Shown here: positions 50,380 to 60,800 of the stretch, piece after piece
Layout: each line of letters begins with the position of its first letter
Position numbering within the stretch: position 1 is the stretch's first letter
NCBI RefSeq assembly: GCF_001194135.2
Contig: NC_068993.1
Location: 59,432,935 to 59,496,934, forward strand
Source of the DNA: Octopus bimaculoides
Taxonomy: Eukaryota
Direction of reading: 5' to 3'
DNA length: 64,000 nucleotides
The notes under the pieces: generated by a model
What the model was told of the DNA's origin: nothing
Database searches by the model: none
Seen by the model: the letters and a program-made list of their open reading frames with translations, nothing else
Translations under genes and position numbers: made by a program

Positions 50380-50695
50380 TTATAGTGGATAATAGTAATT
50401 TTGATGTTTCAACAGTAACCTATTAGGCACTCCATGTATTCCTATATGCCTAAGTTTGGCCAACAATATATCTGAATGTGCTGAATTGAACACTTTACTG
50501 ATATCTAAGTAAAGTGCAAGGAAATATTTAGTTATGTTTAGTGAGCTGTAGGTATGATCTAGAAATCCAAGGATTGCATCAGCAGTACTTAAGTTTTCTT
50601 TAAAGCCAAATTGGTGATTTGATAGTATTTTGTTAAGTCTTAAAAATGACTGTAGTCTCTTGTACATTAACTTTTCAAAAATCTTCGAGAGAGGA
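50380..50695 (-). mobile_element. LINE reverse-transcriptase fragment (CR1/L2-like, not RTE)
   Basis: LSPLSKIFEKLMYKRL…LSNHQFGFKENLSTADAI…LALYLDISKVFNSAHSDILLAKLRHIGIHG matches the N-terminal RT subdomains of CR1/L2/Jockey-group LINEs. Confidence 0.8.
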
Positions 50696-53164
50696 CTCAG
50701 AATCATGATTTTCAAATTTTAATTTTAAGTCAACACAAACATATTAGGTTATGTTTAAAAACGCGATGTTGTTTTTTTTTCACGTTAGTTTATATTCTTG
50801 AATATGTTTAACAAATCTTCATCTGCTGTAAGCGTTAGAGTTTATCATTTTAACGAAATCAGAAAGGGAGAAATGCGAACAACGCAAGTATAATTTGAAA
50901 TCGGGGGCCCGGTTAGCCCTAGCGGTAATTTGAAATCGATTTTAGATGACCGGGTGGTAACTTGAAAGGCAGAGCACGTTGAAGTCTTTACACCGGGCTA
51001 TCAATCGGAATGTTTACGAAACTGTGGTTAACAATAAATATCTGAGTGTCTCCAGATTCTCCTTTTCTATTTTATGTTAATTGCATTCTTTTCCTGGTTT
51101 CGCTGTTTCCCACCAAATGTCTGCTACAACAATTTCTAAAGATGTCATATTGTTAAGTCAAGTGAATTAACATTATGTAAAGAAAACATAAGTAAGTATT
51201 TATAGGATTCAAAATTACATATTTACCCCTTCCCTCAATTTTCTTCCCCATGAACTACTGTTATCTATTCTGAAATTCCAGCATTCTCAATATTTCATTT
51301 CTCCTTTGAAATTTTAACTTTCTGTATATTAATTACTTTTCCACCCATAGCTACATCTCGTACACCGCATAGAAATCCCACCCACTCATTTTCTACCAGG
51401 GTCTTCTCTTCTTTCATATTTACTAATAAATTAATCTTTGCTAAATTCATTTTGATGTCTGTCGATTTGTTTTCATGCTTGAAATTTATTTTCTACTAAT
51501 ACAGATTTAGCTATGGTGCATCCCATCTCCTTGCTGAATTCATAGCTATACTCTTTTGTTAAATCTTATTTTGTTGACTTTTATCCCTATACATCGTTTG
51601 TGTAGCTTTCACAAGGCATTATTCATCTATTCCAGATTTCACCAGACCACAACTACGAACCCTACCATAGTTACTTGGTCAACAAATGCTAGGTATTGGG
51701 GCTTATTCCTGGCTAGATACTTCTCGGTTTTGTCACTACAAAACAATAATAGTACTTCGTTGATACAACTCCAAAGTGCATTGTGTTTATGTTTAGTTTC
51801 TTGCTAGAATTCTTTCTATTATCTTTATTGCGTAATCCAACAGTTCGTCTGTAGTTTCCTCTCTCACGTTGTATCGTCTTTGTCTTTGAAATACTTGACA
51901 ATAATTCTTCTGTACCAGATACCACATGTGAAATGCTCTTACGCGGTTTCTTTATATTTTCCATACTTGAGATTCGTGAATAATATGACAAAATAATATT
52001 GCTTTATATAAATATGATTTACTTCTTGGAAAAAGGTTTTTCATTCAATGTCAGCTTCCGGTATTAACGTAGCAATTACCTAAACAATATTTCGTTGCAG
52101 GCGAAATTTTCCTTTTTCATTCTAATTATTGTTTTCATTTCAAGCTTTCATTCGCTATTTGCAAACAACTACGATAAATTACCGAAAGACATATTTACTA
52201 AGCAAGTGAGACATTTTATAAATTTTGAAGAAAATTTACTTTCTGAAGTTCCTTTTACTATTGAATGTTTCCAGTTCACAAATTTAAATATTTGGTATGA
52301 AATAGTTTTTAACGAACTTTTATTTACAGGATTTTCTTCATTTCATGTTTATTTCATTCAGTGTTTGCAATGTTCTTTCTCTCTCTCTCTCTAATATAAA
52401 CACACACTGTCTCTGTAATATATACACAAATACTCCAGGCTTAATTTTGTTATTACACAAATAGGATATTAGAATTTTGCAATTCAACATAAGATGACCA
52501 AAAAAAAAACAAAAAAAAATATATGGGCGTCTTTTCGCTTGAAGGTGACATTTCTTTTGTGGCATGATATGATATGTATCTCTATTATATGTATATCTCT
52601 GCTCTGTTATGTCTGAAATAATGTTGTGATACTTTGGATAGATTCAGTTATATTCTGCAATTTATCACCATAGAAATATAAATTTTTGTTGTTCACACTG
52701 TACTGTTTAACTATTCTTTATATCTTATTCTGTTTATCTATCATTTCAGGTCCTTGATGAAACTGGTATCAAAATAATATTTTACATCAGAAGCATCATC
52801 AATATTTATCAGCTTTTAAAGATAAAGGAAGATTCTATATAAGAAATATGATACTTGTATAAATCTGAGGAAATATGGCAACATTTTTCAGTCTTGGTGA
52901 GATTGTTAGCAACGTTTTTGAAAGTCACTGTCTGGAATGAGAACAAAATTCTGCATTCTAAATAAATATATAATTATAAATTACTTTACATCATCTTCAG
53001 ATATTGGTAAAGACTGCAGTTGATGGGAATATAACTGAAGGAATACTTTTTAAAAATAATTTATAAAAAGAAAAGCAAGTGAAGTATTCATATATTGTGG
53101 AGAAATAAGAAAAACGTATAATGAGATGAGTTAACAGATTGATTCACATTTTTGTCCTTCAGAA

Positions 53165-54106
53165 ATGGCCAAAAAAGTAGGAAAGTCTTCACATGAATGT
53201 GATATCTGTGGAAAGTTATTCACTACAAAGGATCATCTTACTACTCATACACGAATACATACAGGAGTGAAACCATATCAATGCGACATCTGTGGTAGAT
53301 CATTCTCACGAACTACTGAATTAACCACTCACAAACGTGTTCATACAGGAGAGAAACCATATAAATGTGATATCTGTGGTCAGTCATTTACACGTAGAGA
53401 TGTTTTAACCAGACACAGACGTATTCACACAGGAGAGAAACCATATCAGTGTGATATGTGTAGTAAATCATTCCCCAATAGTACTAACCTGACTGCTCAC
53501 AAACGCATTCATACTGGAGAAAAACCATATCATTGTGATTTCTGTGGTAGATCATTCACCCAAAATAACCAGCTAACTAAACACAAACGTATTCATACAG
53601 GAGAAAAGCCCTATCAATGTGATATGTGTGACAAATCATTCTCTCGAAATGATAATCTAACTGCTCACAGACACATTCATACAGGAGAGAAGCCATATTG
53701 GTGTGATATCTGTGGTAAATCATTCCCTCGAAATAGTGCCTTAATTGATCATAAATGCATTCATACCGGAGAAAAACGATTCCATTGTGACGTGTGTGGT
53801 AAAGCATTTGTTCAAAGTAATCTTTTAAAGGGACATATACGCATTCATACTGGGGAAAAACCGTATCATTGTGATGTCTGTGGTAAATCGTTTGCAAAAA
53901 GTACTGCCGTAACTCTACACAAACATATTCACACTAAAGAAAAGCCATATCATTGTGATATTTGTGGTAAAGCATTCTCTCGCAGAAATTATCTAGCTAA
54001 GCACAAAAGTATTCATACAGCTTCAAGACTGCATCACTGTAATATCTGTGATAAATCATTCCCTCAGCATGATGATTTAACTAATCACACATGTATTCCT
54101 ACATGA
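53165..54106 (+). CDS. C2H2 zinc-finger protein ZNF-8 (313 aa, 11 fingers)
   Basis: Intact ORF; last two fingers are identical to ZNF-7. Confidence 0.95.
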   Translation: MAKKVGKSSHECDICGKLFTTKDHLTTHTRIHTGVKPYQCDICGRSFSRTTELTTHKRVHTGEKPYKCDICGQSFTRRDVLTRHRRIHTGEKPYQCDMCSKSFPNSTNLTAHKRIHTGEKPYHCDFCGRSFTQNNQLTKHKRIHTGEKPYQCDMCDKSFSRNDNLTAHRHIHTGEKPYWCDICGKSFPRNSALIDHKCIHTGEKRFHCDVCGKAFVQSNLLKGHIRIHTGEKPYHCDVCGKSFAKSTAVTLHKHIHTKEKPYHCDICGKAFSRRNYLAKHKSIHTASRLHHCNICDKSFPQHDDLTNHTCIPT

Positions 54107-55239
54107 GAAACAAAAACACATCATTGATTTTTCCAGTAATCATTCTCACCAAAATGTGGAGCAGAGAAGAGTATTAATGGACGAAGAGTGGGTAACAAGG
54201 GAAATGGTGCTGGACTGTAAGAAAAGAAAGTGGTAACATGGAAGCACTGCAGTTTGGGAGATAATTGGGTGTACCTTCATTGTGATATTAATCTTTACAT
54301 AAAAACAAAATGTGTGGAATTATCTTTGAATTATCATCATCAATATTCTTGTGTCCATCATCAATGTTTCTCTAACATTTTGTCATGTCATTAGTTTGAA
54401 ATTTGAAATTCTAGAGTTCTGGCTGCACCAATCATTGTGAATATTCTCAATTTGAAATCGAAATAAAACTGGTTTACTCTTAAAGTGTTCTTATTTTTTA
54501 TTATATTAATGAAAGTTTTTACTGATTTCAACATCATTTTACATGCATTTTAAATACATATTATGGTATAGAAACCTATACGTGTGATTACTTTTATATC
54601 AAGAACAATTGACATTACAACACAAAAATTACTTGTAAGATATGGCAATATTTAGAAGAAGAATAACAGAATTGCTGGAAATTTTATTTGTTTTTTTTTA
54701 GGAATGCTGTTAACATTATCATCCTTTAACGTTCGTTTTCTATGCTAGCATGGTTTGGACGGTTCGATTGGGGTCTGGGAAGCCAGGAGGCTGCACCAGG
54801 CTCCAGTCTGATCGGGCAGTGTTTCTACAGCTGGATGCCCTTCCGAACGCCAACCACTCCGAGAGTGTAGTGGGTGCTTTTACATGCCACCGGCACGAGG
54901 GCCAGTCAGGTGGTACTGGCAACGGCCACGCTCAAATGGTGTTTTTTACATTCCCCCTGCACAGGAGCCAGTCCAGCGGCACTAGCAACGACCTCGCTTG
55001 AATGTTTTTTCGTACCACCAGCACAAATGCCAGTAACGCAGTGCTGGTAACGATCACGCTCAAATGGTGCTTTTCACGTGCCACCAGTGCGTGCCAGCTG
55101 CTCTGGCAATGATCACGCTCGGATGACGCTGTTAGTGGGGCCCAGCATGATGGCATTTTATAGCGAGGAATGCATTAATGAATATAGTCCTCCCTTTCAA
55201 GATTGAATGGGATAACTTGAGGAAAACTTAACTGCTATT

Positions 55240-55830
55240 TTTAGGAGACCATACAAGTAGAGGTCCTATTGCTGCTACATAAATATTTAGCCTCCTGCAT
55301 AGCCATAGCTACCCTAATAAGCAGACATTCGATCAAAAACCATTTTGTCCTTTCCTCTGGTATTGTATATACAACCTTAAAATATGGGGTAAAGAAAAAG
55401 ACTCCTCTAGCAAGCAATGAGGAATAACTCTTTGTACCCGGAGTCACATTTTGACAGGATGCCCCAGGACACGATGTGAAGGCCGATACAAGGGGAGACA
55501 CAACAAGGTTCTTGCAGATATTACAAAGTGGACTGCTTTGCAAAGGATGAAGACAAATAAACACCAGCCAACACAACCAAAGGGCATCATATTCTCAAAG
55601 GAAAGTGATAAAACAACCAATGTGAAAATAATGGGAGGAAATACGTTTTATATTTTGTGTTCAGCCTCAGAATGGGTGATGTAAGTTAAACTGAGGGGCT
55701 GAGTTGTCTTTTCAGAGGAAATAGTGGTAATATCACTCTGATAACTGAAGAAAGCCATTGAAGAGATAGGTATGGCAGCTGAAACTAGGTTAAGATGGCT
55801 ATGGTTGATAATAGACCACAAATGGAACAC
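55240..55830 (+). mobile_element. Degraded RLE-type non-LTR retrotransposon 3' fragment (HERO-like)
   Basis: Frames give NLKIWGKEK…, SHILTGCPRTRCEGRYKGRHNKVLADI (CCHC knuckle plus RHxxV motif) and KAIEEIGMAAETRLRWLWL, as recalled for HERO/NeSL-type ORFs. Confidence 0.55.
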
Positions 55831-56304
55831 TCCTATAGATGAAGACTAGCTTAATCGTCTCTGCCCATTCAGGTGAAGCGTACGGGCGAAATGCTTGTGA
55901 CCTGCTGACCGATACGGAAAGGTTTACAGCATTGAAATCGATTTAGAAAAGTTTGCAAAACCTCTGAGTAGCTCCTGCAGTTCTTGCGAGGGAGGTAAAC
56001 CCTCTCAGATGTTTATTTTACCTGCAGTAATACATAAATAAATAGGTGTCAAGAATGTACAGTATAATCTGAGAGAAATGTGGCTGCTGTTTCTAGCAGA
56101 TTGCGCAGGTACGCAGAGGTTCCATTGATAATATGAAGTTGTTTAGTCGCAGAAAAGCCATGGCTGTTCAGACTTGGCTACACGGTGCTGGTCAATCCAT
56201 AGTTGTTAACGGAATAACTACGAAACTACGTGTAATTATGAATCTCTAAGTGTCTACATATTTTCTTTTATACATTTATGATAATAACAGTTTATCCAGA
56301 TTTT

Positions 56305-56413
56305 CTTACTTCCGCCCAGCATCTACCAAAATCATTTCCGGCGGAGAACATTGTCTTATGTTTGTTAAAAGAATTTACCAAAGAAAATACAAAGATAAAA
56401 AGGAAAAGTGAGT
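56305..56413 (+). promoter_or_regulatory. Predicted promoter / non-coding exon 1 of ZNF-9
   Basis: acttccgccc…atttccggcgg…ggaaaa|GTGAGT (donor at 56408); inverted homologue of 36042-36150. Confidence 0.6.
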
Positions 56414-57508
56414 TTTTATAGTGTTTTAAATCTACATAAAAACATTTTCAAGGCGGGGTTTCGGAATAACTGTTGTTTCCCAATGAGGTAAGGACAGGGT
56501 GAAGAATTTTAATATTCTACGATTTTCCGCCAAAATTTGTATCAGAATCGTAATTTCCTTTGCATCAAATAATAATTTTAGAAGAAAAAAATGAGCAGTA
56601 GCTGTCACTAACAAAATAGTTTTTCTTTCAGGGGTTTTTATCGGCATTTTAAAAAATTATTTTCGACATTTTATGGAATCCCGCATTATTAAACAGTTGT
56701 AAATCGCTACAGTCTTTTGGTTTTTAGGTCTGTAAATTCGTGGGACTAAAATCGAAGCTGGACAATATGAGCGAAAATACAAAAATAGTCTTGGGATTTC
56801 CCGACAAAGCGAAACATATATGAAATACTTGACAAACAGAAATACATTAATTTAATGTTCTTTCGATCAAATGTTTACAAATATATTTTTGGTAATCTTC
56901 CAGTTTCGAGGGGTAAAAGAAATATTCAAGGGAAATAACTGAACGACTTAACAGTATTATCCGTATTGCTTTTTCTCTAAAACAGCATGCGACGGAATTT
57001 TTTTTTTATGAAAGTTTAAAATGTTTTTTTCTTTTTCCAAAACGGAAAATAAGATGTTGTGCAGCCGGTCTTCCACGAGGCATTTTCGACTTCTCATAAG
57101 AAACTATGATATTCAATCACCTGTGTGATTTATATATAAGCAGTTAACGTCATCAAATCACGTGATTTATTTATAAACAAAGTAATACGGATAATACTGG
57201 TAAGACGTCGGTTATTTCCCTTGTAATTTATTTACTTTTTTAACCCTCGAAACTGGAAGATTATCCCGAGTTCGAATTCCGCTGAGGTCAATTTTCCCTG
57301 TCATCCTCTCGGGTCGATTAAGTGCTAATAGCACAGTACTTGATTCGATGCAATTAACTTGGGGCCCTCCTCGAAATTTGCTGATTCTGCACCGAAACTT
57401 AAATGAATTAATATTATTATTGCTGTTCTTTTTGAGGTCGGTTTATTGGCGGAAGTTAAGGACATAGACTGCACCCACCTTTCGGTAATTTTTTTTTNNN
57501 NNNNNNNA

Positions 57509-57706
57509 TGTTTAGCGGTATTTCATCTACTGTTACGTTCTGAGTTCAAACTCCGCCGAGGTCGACTTTGCCTTTCATCCTTTCGGGGGTCGATAAATTA
57601 AGTACCAGTTACGCACTGGGGTCGATGTAATCGACTTAATCCCTTTGTCTGTCCTTGTTTGTCCCCTCTATGTTTAAGCCCCCTGTGGGCAATAAAGAAA
57701 TAAGAA
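57509..57706 (+). mobile_element. CORE-like SINE
   Basis: gagttcaaactccgccgaggtcgactttgcctttcatcctttcggggtcgataaattaagtaccag… Partial copies at 57265-57400, 35420-35540 (-), 12395-12485 (-), 40590-40660 (-). Confidence 0.7.
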
Positions 57707-57767
57707 ACGAAATAAATTTCCACAATTAAATTATCCTCTATATCTTGTACTGTTTTTCTTATTTCAG

Positions 57768-57947
57768 GATCCTTACCGAAACTGGCATAAAAAAAAAGTG
57801 TTTTTATATCTGAAGCATTGTTAATATTCCCCATCTTTTCAAGACTCAAGGATGATGTTATGCAGAACAAATATAACCATGTTTATATAAAGTCTTGTGA
57901 ATTATGGAGAAAGGTTTCTTCTGGGTGAGATTATTTGCAACATTTGT
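57768..57947 (+). other. Predicted non-coding exon 2 of ZNF-9
   Basis: atttcAG|gatcc acceptor, catttgt|GTAATT donor, and an acceptor ctgaAG two nt before the ATG at 58158. Confidence 0.55.
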
Positions 57948-58157
57948 GTAATTCACTGTCTGGAATGAGTACAAAATACTTTTGCATTGTGTAAAGATAA
58001 ATCTATAAAGGATTTTGCAGAGTCGATGGACCTACAGCAGAAGGAATATTTGTTAGCAATAAATTGCAGAAAGGAAAGCAAAAGGCATATTCATATGATG
58101 TGGTGAAAGAAGGAAAATTGTTGTTTGTTTAAAATATTAATTCTTTATCCTGAAGAG

Positions 58158-59453
58158 ATGGCAAAAGATTTAGCAAAATCTTCATATGAGTGTGATATCT
58201 GTAACAAGTCATTCACTAAACAATGTCAACTAACTACTCATATACGTATTCATACAGGAGAAAAACTACATTACTGTGATTTCTGTGGTAAAGCATACAT
58301 TCGAAATGATGAGTTAACTATTCACAAACGTATTCATACAGGAGAGAGGCCATATTACTGTGATGTCTGTGGTAAGACTTTTTATCGAAGTGGTGAGTTA
58401 ACTATTCATGTACGTGTTCATACAGGAGAGAAACCATATCAGTGTGATATCTGTGGCAAATCCTTCACTCGTACAGATATTTTAACTACACACAAACGTA
58501 TTCACACAGGAGAGAAACCATATCAGTGTGATATGTGCAGTAAATCATTCCCCAATAGTACTAACCTGACTGATCACAAACGCATTCATACTGGAGAAAA
58601 GCCATATCACTGTGATTTCTGTGGTAAATCATTCAATCAAAGCAATCAGCTAATTAAACACAAACGTATTCATACAGGAGAAAAGCCTTTTCACTGTGAT
58701 GTATGTGATAAATCATTCTCTCGAAACGATGAGTTAACTGCTCACAAATATGTTCATACAGGAGAAAAACCTTATCAATGTGATATCTGTGGTAAATCAT
58801 TCCTTCAAAATAGTGCCTTGACTGGACACAAGCGTATTCATACTGGAGAAAAACGATATATTTGTGATGTTTGTGGTAAAGCATTTCCTCGAAGTAATAA
58901 CTTAACTGCACACAAACGTATTCATACCAAAGAAAAACCATTTCATTGTGGTGTGTGTGGTAAATCATTTTCACACAGTAATTCCTTAACTGATCACACA
59001 CGTATTCATACTGGAGAGAGACCTTATCACTGTGATGTCTGTGGTAAAACATTCCCTCGAAGTAATTCTTTGAGTGATCACAAGCGCATTCATACTGGAG
59101 AAAAACCATATCATTGTGAAATTTGTGGTAAAACATTTATTCGGAGTAATGAGTTAAAGGTCCATAAACGTATTCACACAGGAGAAACACCATATCATTG
59201 TGATGTCTGTGGTAAATCATTCTCTCAAAATAATTCCTTGACTAATCACAAACGCATTCATACTGGGGAAAAACCATATGATTGTGATATCTGTGGTAAA
59301 TCATTCTCTAGAAATAATTCCTTGGCTGACCACAAACGCGTTCATACTGGAGAAAAACCATATCAATGTAATGTCTGTGGTAAATCATTCTCTCAGCATG
59401 CTGCTGTAGCCGTACATAAACGTGTTCATGCCAGAGAAAAGCCACAGCATTGA
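58158..59453 (+). CDS. C2H2 zinc-finger protein ZNF-9 (431 aa from the MAK start, 15 fingers; two vestigial fingers after the stop)
   Basis: Paralogous start MAKDLAK at 58158; TGA sits at the first Cys of finger 16. Confidence 0.95.
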   Translation: MAKDLAKSSYECDICNKSFTKQCQLTTHIRIHTGEKLHYCDFCGKAYIRNDELTIHKRIHTGERPYYCDVCGKTFYRSGELTIHVRVHTGEKPYQCDICGKSFTRTDILTTHKRIHTGEKPYQCDMCSKSFPNSTNLTDHKRIHTGEKPYHCDFCGKSFNQSNQLIKHKRIHTGEKPFHCDVCDKSFSRNDELTAHKYVHTGEKPYQCDICGKSFLQNSALTGHKRIHTGEKRYICDVCGKAFPRSNNLTAHKRIHTKEKPFHCGVCGKSFSHSNSLTDHTRIHTGERPYHCDVCGKTFPRSNSLSDHKRIHTGEKPYHCEICGKTFIRSNELKVHKRIHTGETPYHCDVCGKSFSQNNSLTNHKRIHTGEKPYDCDICGKSFSRNNSLADHKRVHTGEKPYQCNVCGKSFSQHAAVAVHKRVHAREKPQH

Positions 59454-60149
59454 TATATCTGTAGTAAATTATTCTCTTACTATTTAATCTGTTAACTAAA
59501 CACAAAGGTATTCATATGGGGCGGAAAATTATATTACTGTAATATCTGGTAAATTTTTGTGTCAGCCTGATTTAGTTATTCACATCTGTAAGCTTACATG
59601 AGAGAAAGAACTTCATTCTGATATTTGTGACTGTGATAGGTGAGAGACTAAAAATAATAAAAAGAAACAAAGTACAGTATTTCATCATACTATTAAGTTG
59701 CTGGATAAATTTGTTCATTTCTTTCCTGTATTCTTTCAATTAACATGAAAAATATTTTTATCATAATGTTTTCTTGTTTATATGTAGCTCTTTTCTTCCT
59801 GTACAATTTTCATTTATTATTTCCCAAGTTTGAACAAAATTTATCTCTTTTCAGATGATGATGGAATGCCAGTTCCATCATCTTAATTGGCATTCCATTA
59901 TATGATGTTGGTGACATCTTTAATTTCATGTATGGCATGATTCCTTCATGATTTCATACTGAAACTTAATTATTAATTTCAAAGTGTTGTGGACTTTGAA
60001 ATTAATAATTATGTCAAAATTGGTGGAGTAATATTTGAATTATCATCAATGATGTTTTTATGTTCATTTCCCAATGCATGCCTACATAGAAAATGGGTGG
60101 AGGGGGAATAGGCAAGCATGATGCATGAGAGGTGCAGAGGGATCGCTTC

Positions 60150-60800
60150 CAGGACTCGGTTTTTCTGAGGTGGGAGATTCTTATTGAGAACCTCATATCA
60201 CCAGAGACCCCAGTCCTTTGTCATCTCATCTGTCAGGCACAGGGCTTAAGGTTAACCTCTACCACTTCATCTCATCTGCTCCTAGATCTTCCTTTTCCAC
60301 TAGTTCCAGCTACATTAAGTCATGGGTACTTTATACAGCTGTCTTCATCCATACGCATCACCTGTCCATATCAGTGCAGGCTTCTTTCTTGAACACAACA
60401 TCTGATTCCTGTTATACCCAACTTTTCAATGTGTACCTTTCCACAAATTCTTTCATGCACACTCACATTGCACATCCACTTGTGCATACTTGCTTTGTTT
60501 CTTTCCAGCCTTCTCAAATTCTCTGCATTTCAGGCCCATGTCTCACTACCCCACATCATTGCAGTTCTAACACAAGCATCATAAAACCAGCCATTCACCA
60601 TTAGGAAAAGATCTCTCTTGTTAACAGTGGTAATAGCTCTGAACTTTCTCCAACTAATACTTACTCTAGCAGCTATACTTCCAGAACAACCACCTCTCTT
60701 ACTAGTTACATCTCCAAAGTAACAAAAGCTATCGACTACTTCTAATGAGCCATAAAGACTCAGTTTCAGATGTACTCACATGTACTGCTCCAGTGCATCT
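60150..60800 (-). mobile_element. Degraded RTE LINE ORF2 3' fragment
   Basis: Minus strand retains the WCG…RLRWYG…GRGRSRRRW-type C-terminal RTE motifs. Confidence 0.65.

Noticed and set aside
13918-59453. Protocadherin-like model in which ZNF exons are alternative cassettes of one shared gene
   Set aside because: Genes lie on both strands, each has its own promoter/exon-1 module and stop codon, and splicing places a stop before the ATG.
13995-59505. Antisense ORFs rich in Y/H/M/E (for example 27278..27502, 33161..33574, 45920..46234, 58654..59136)
   Set aside because: Reverse-complement shadows of the 84-nt finger repeat; no independent coding signal.
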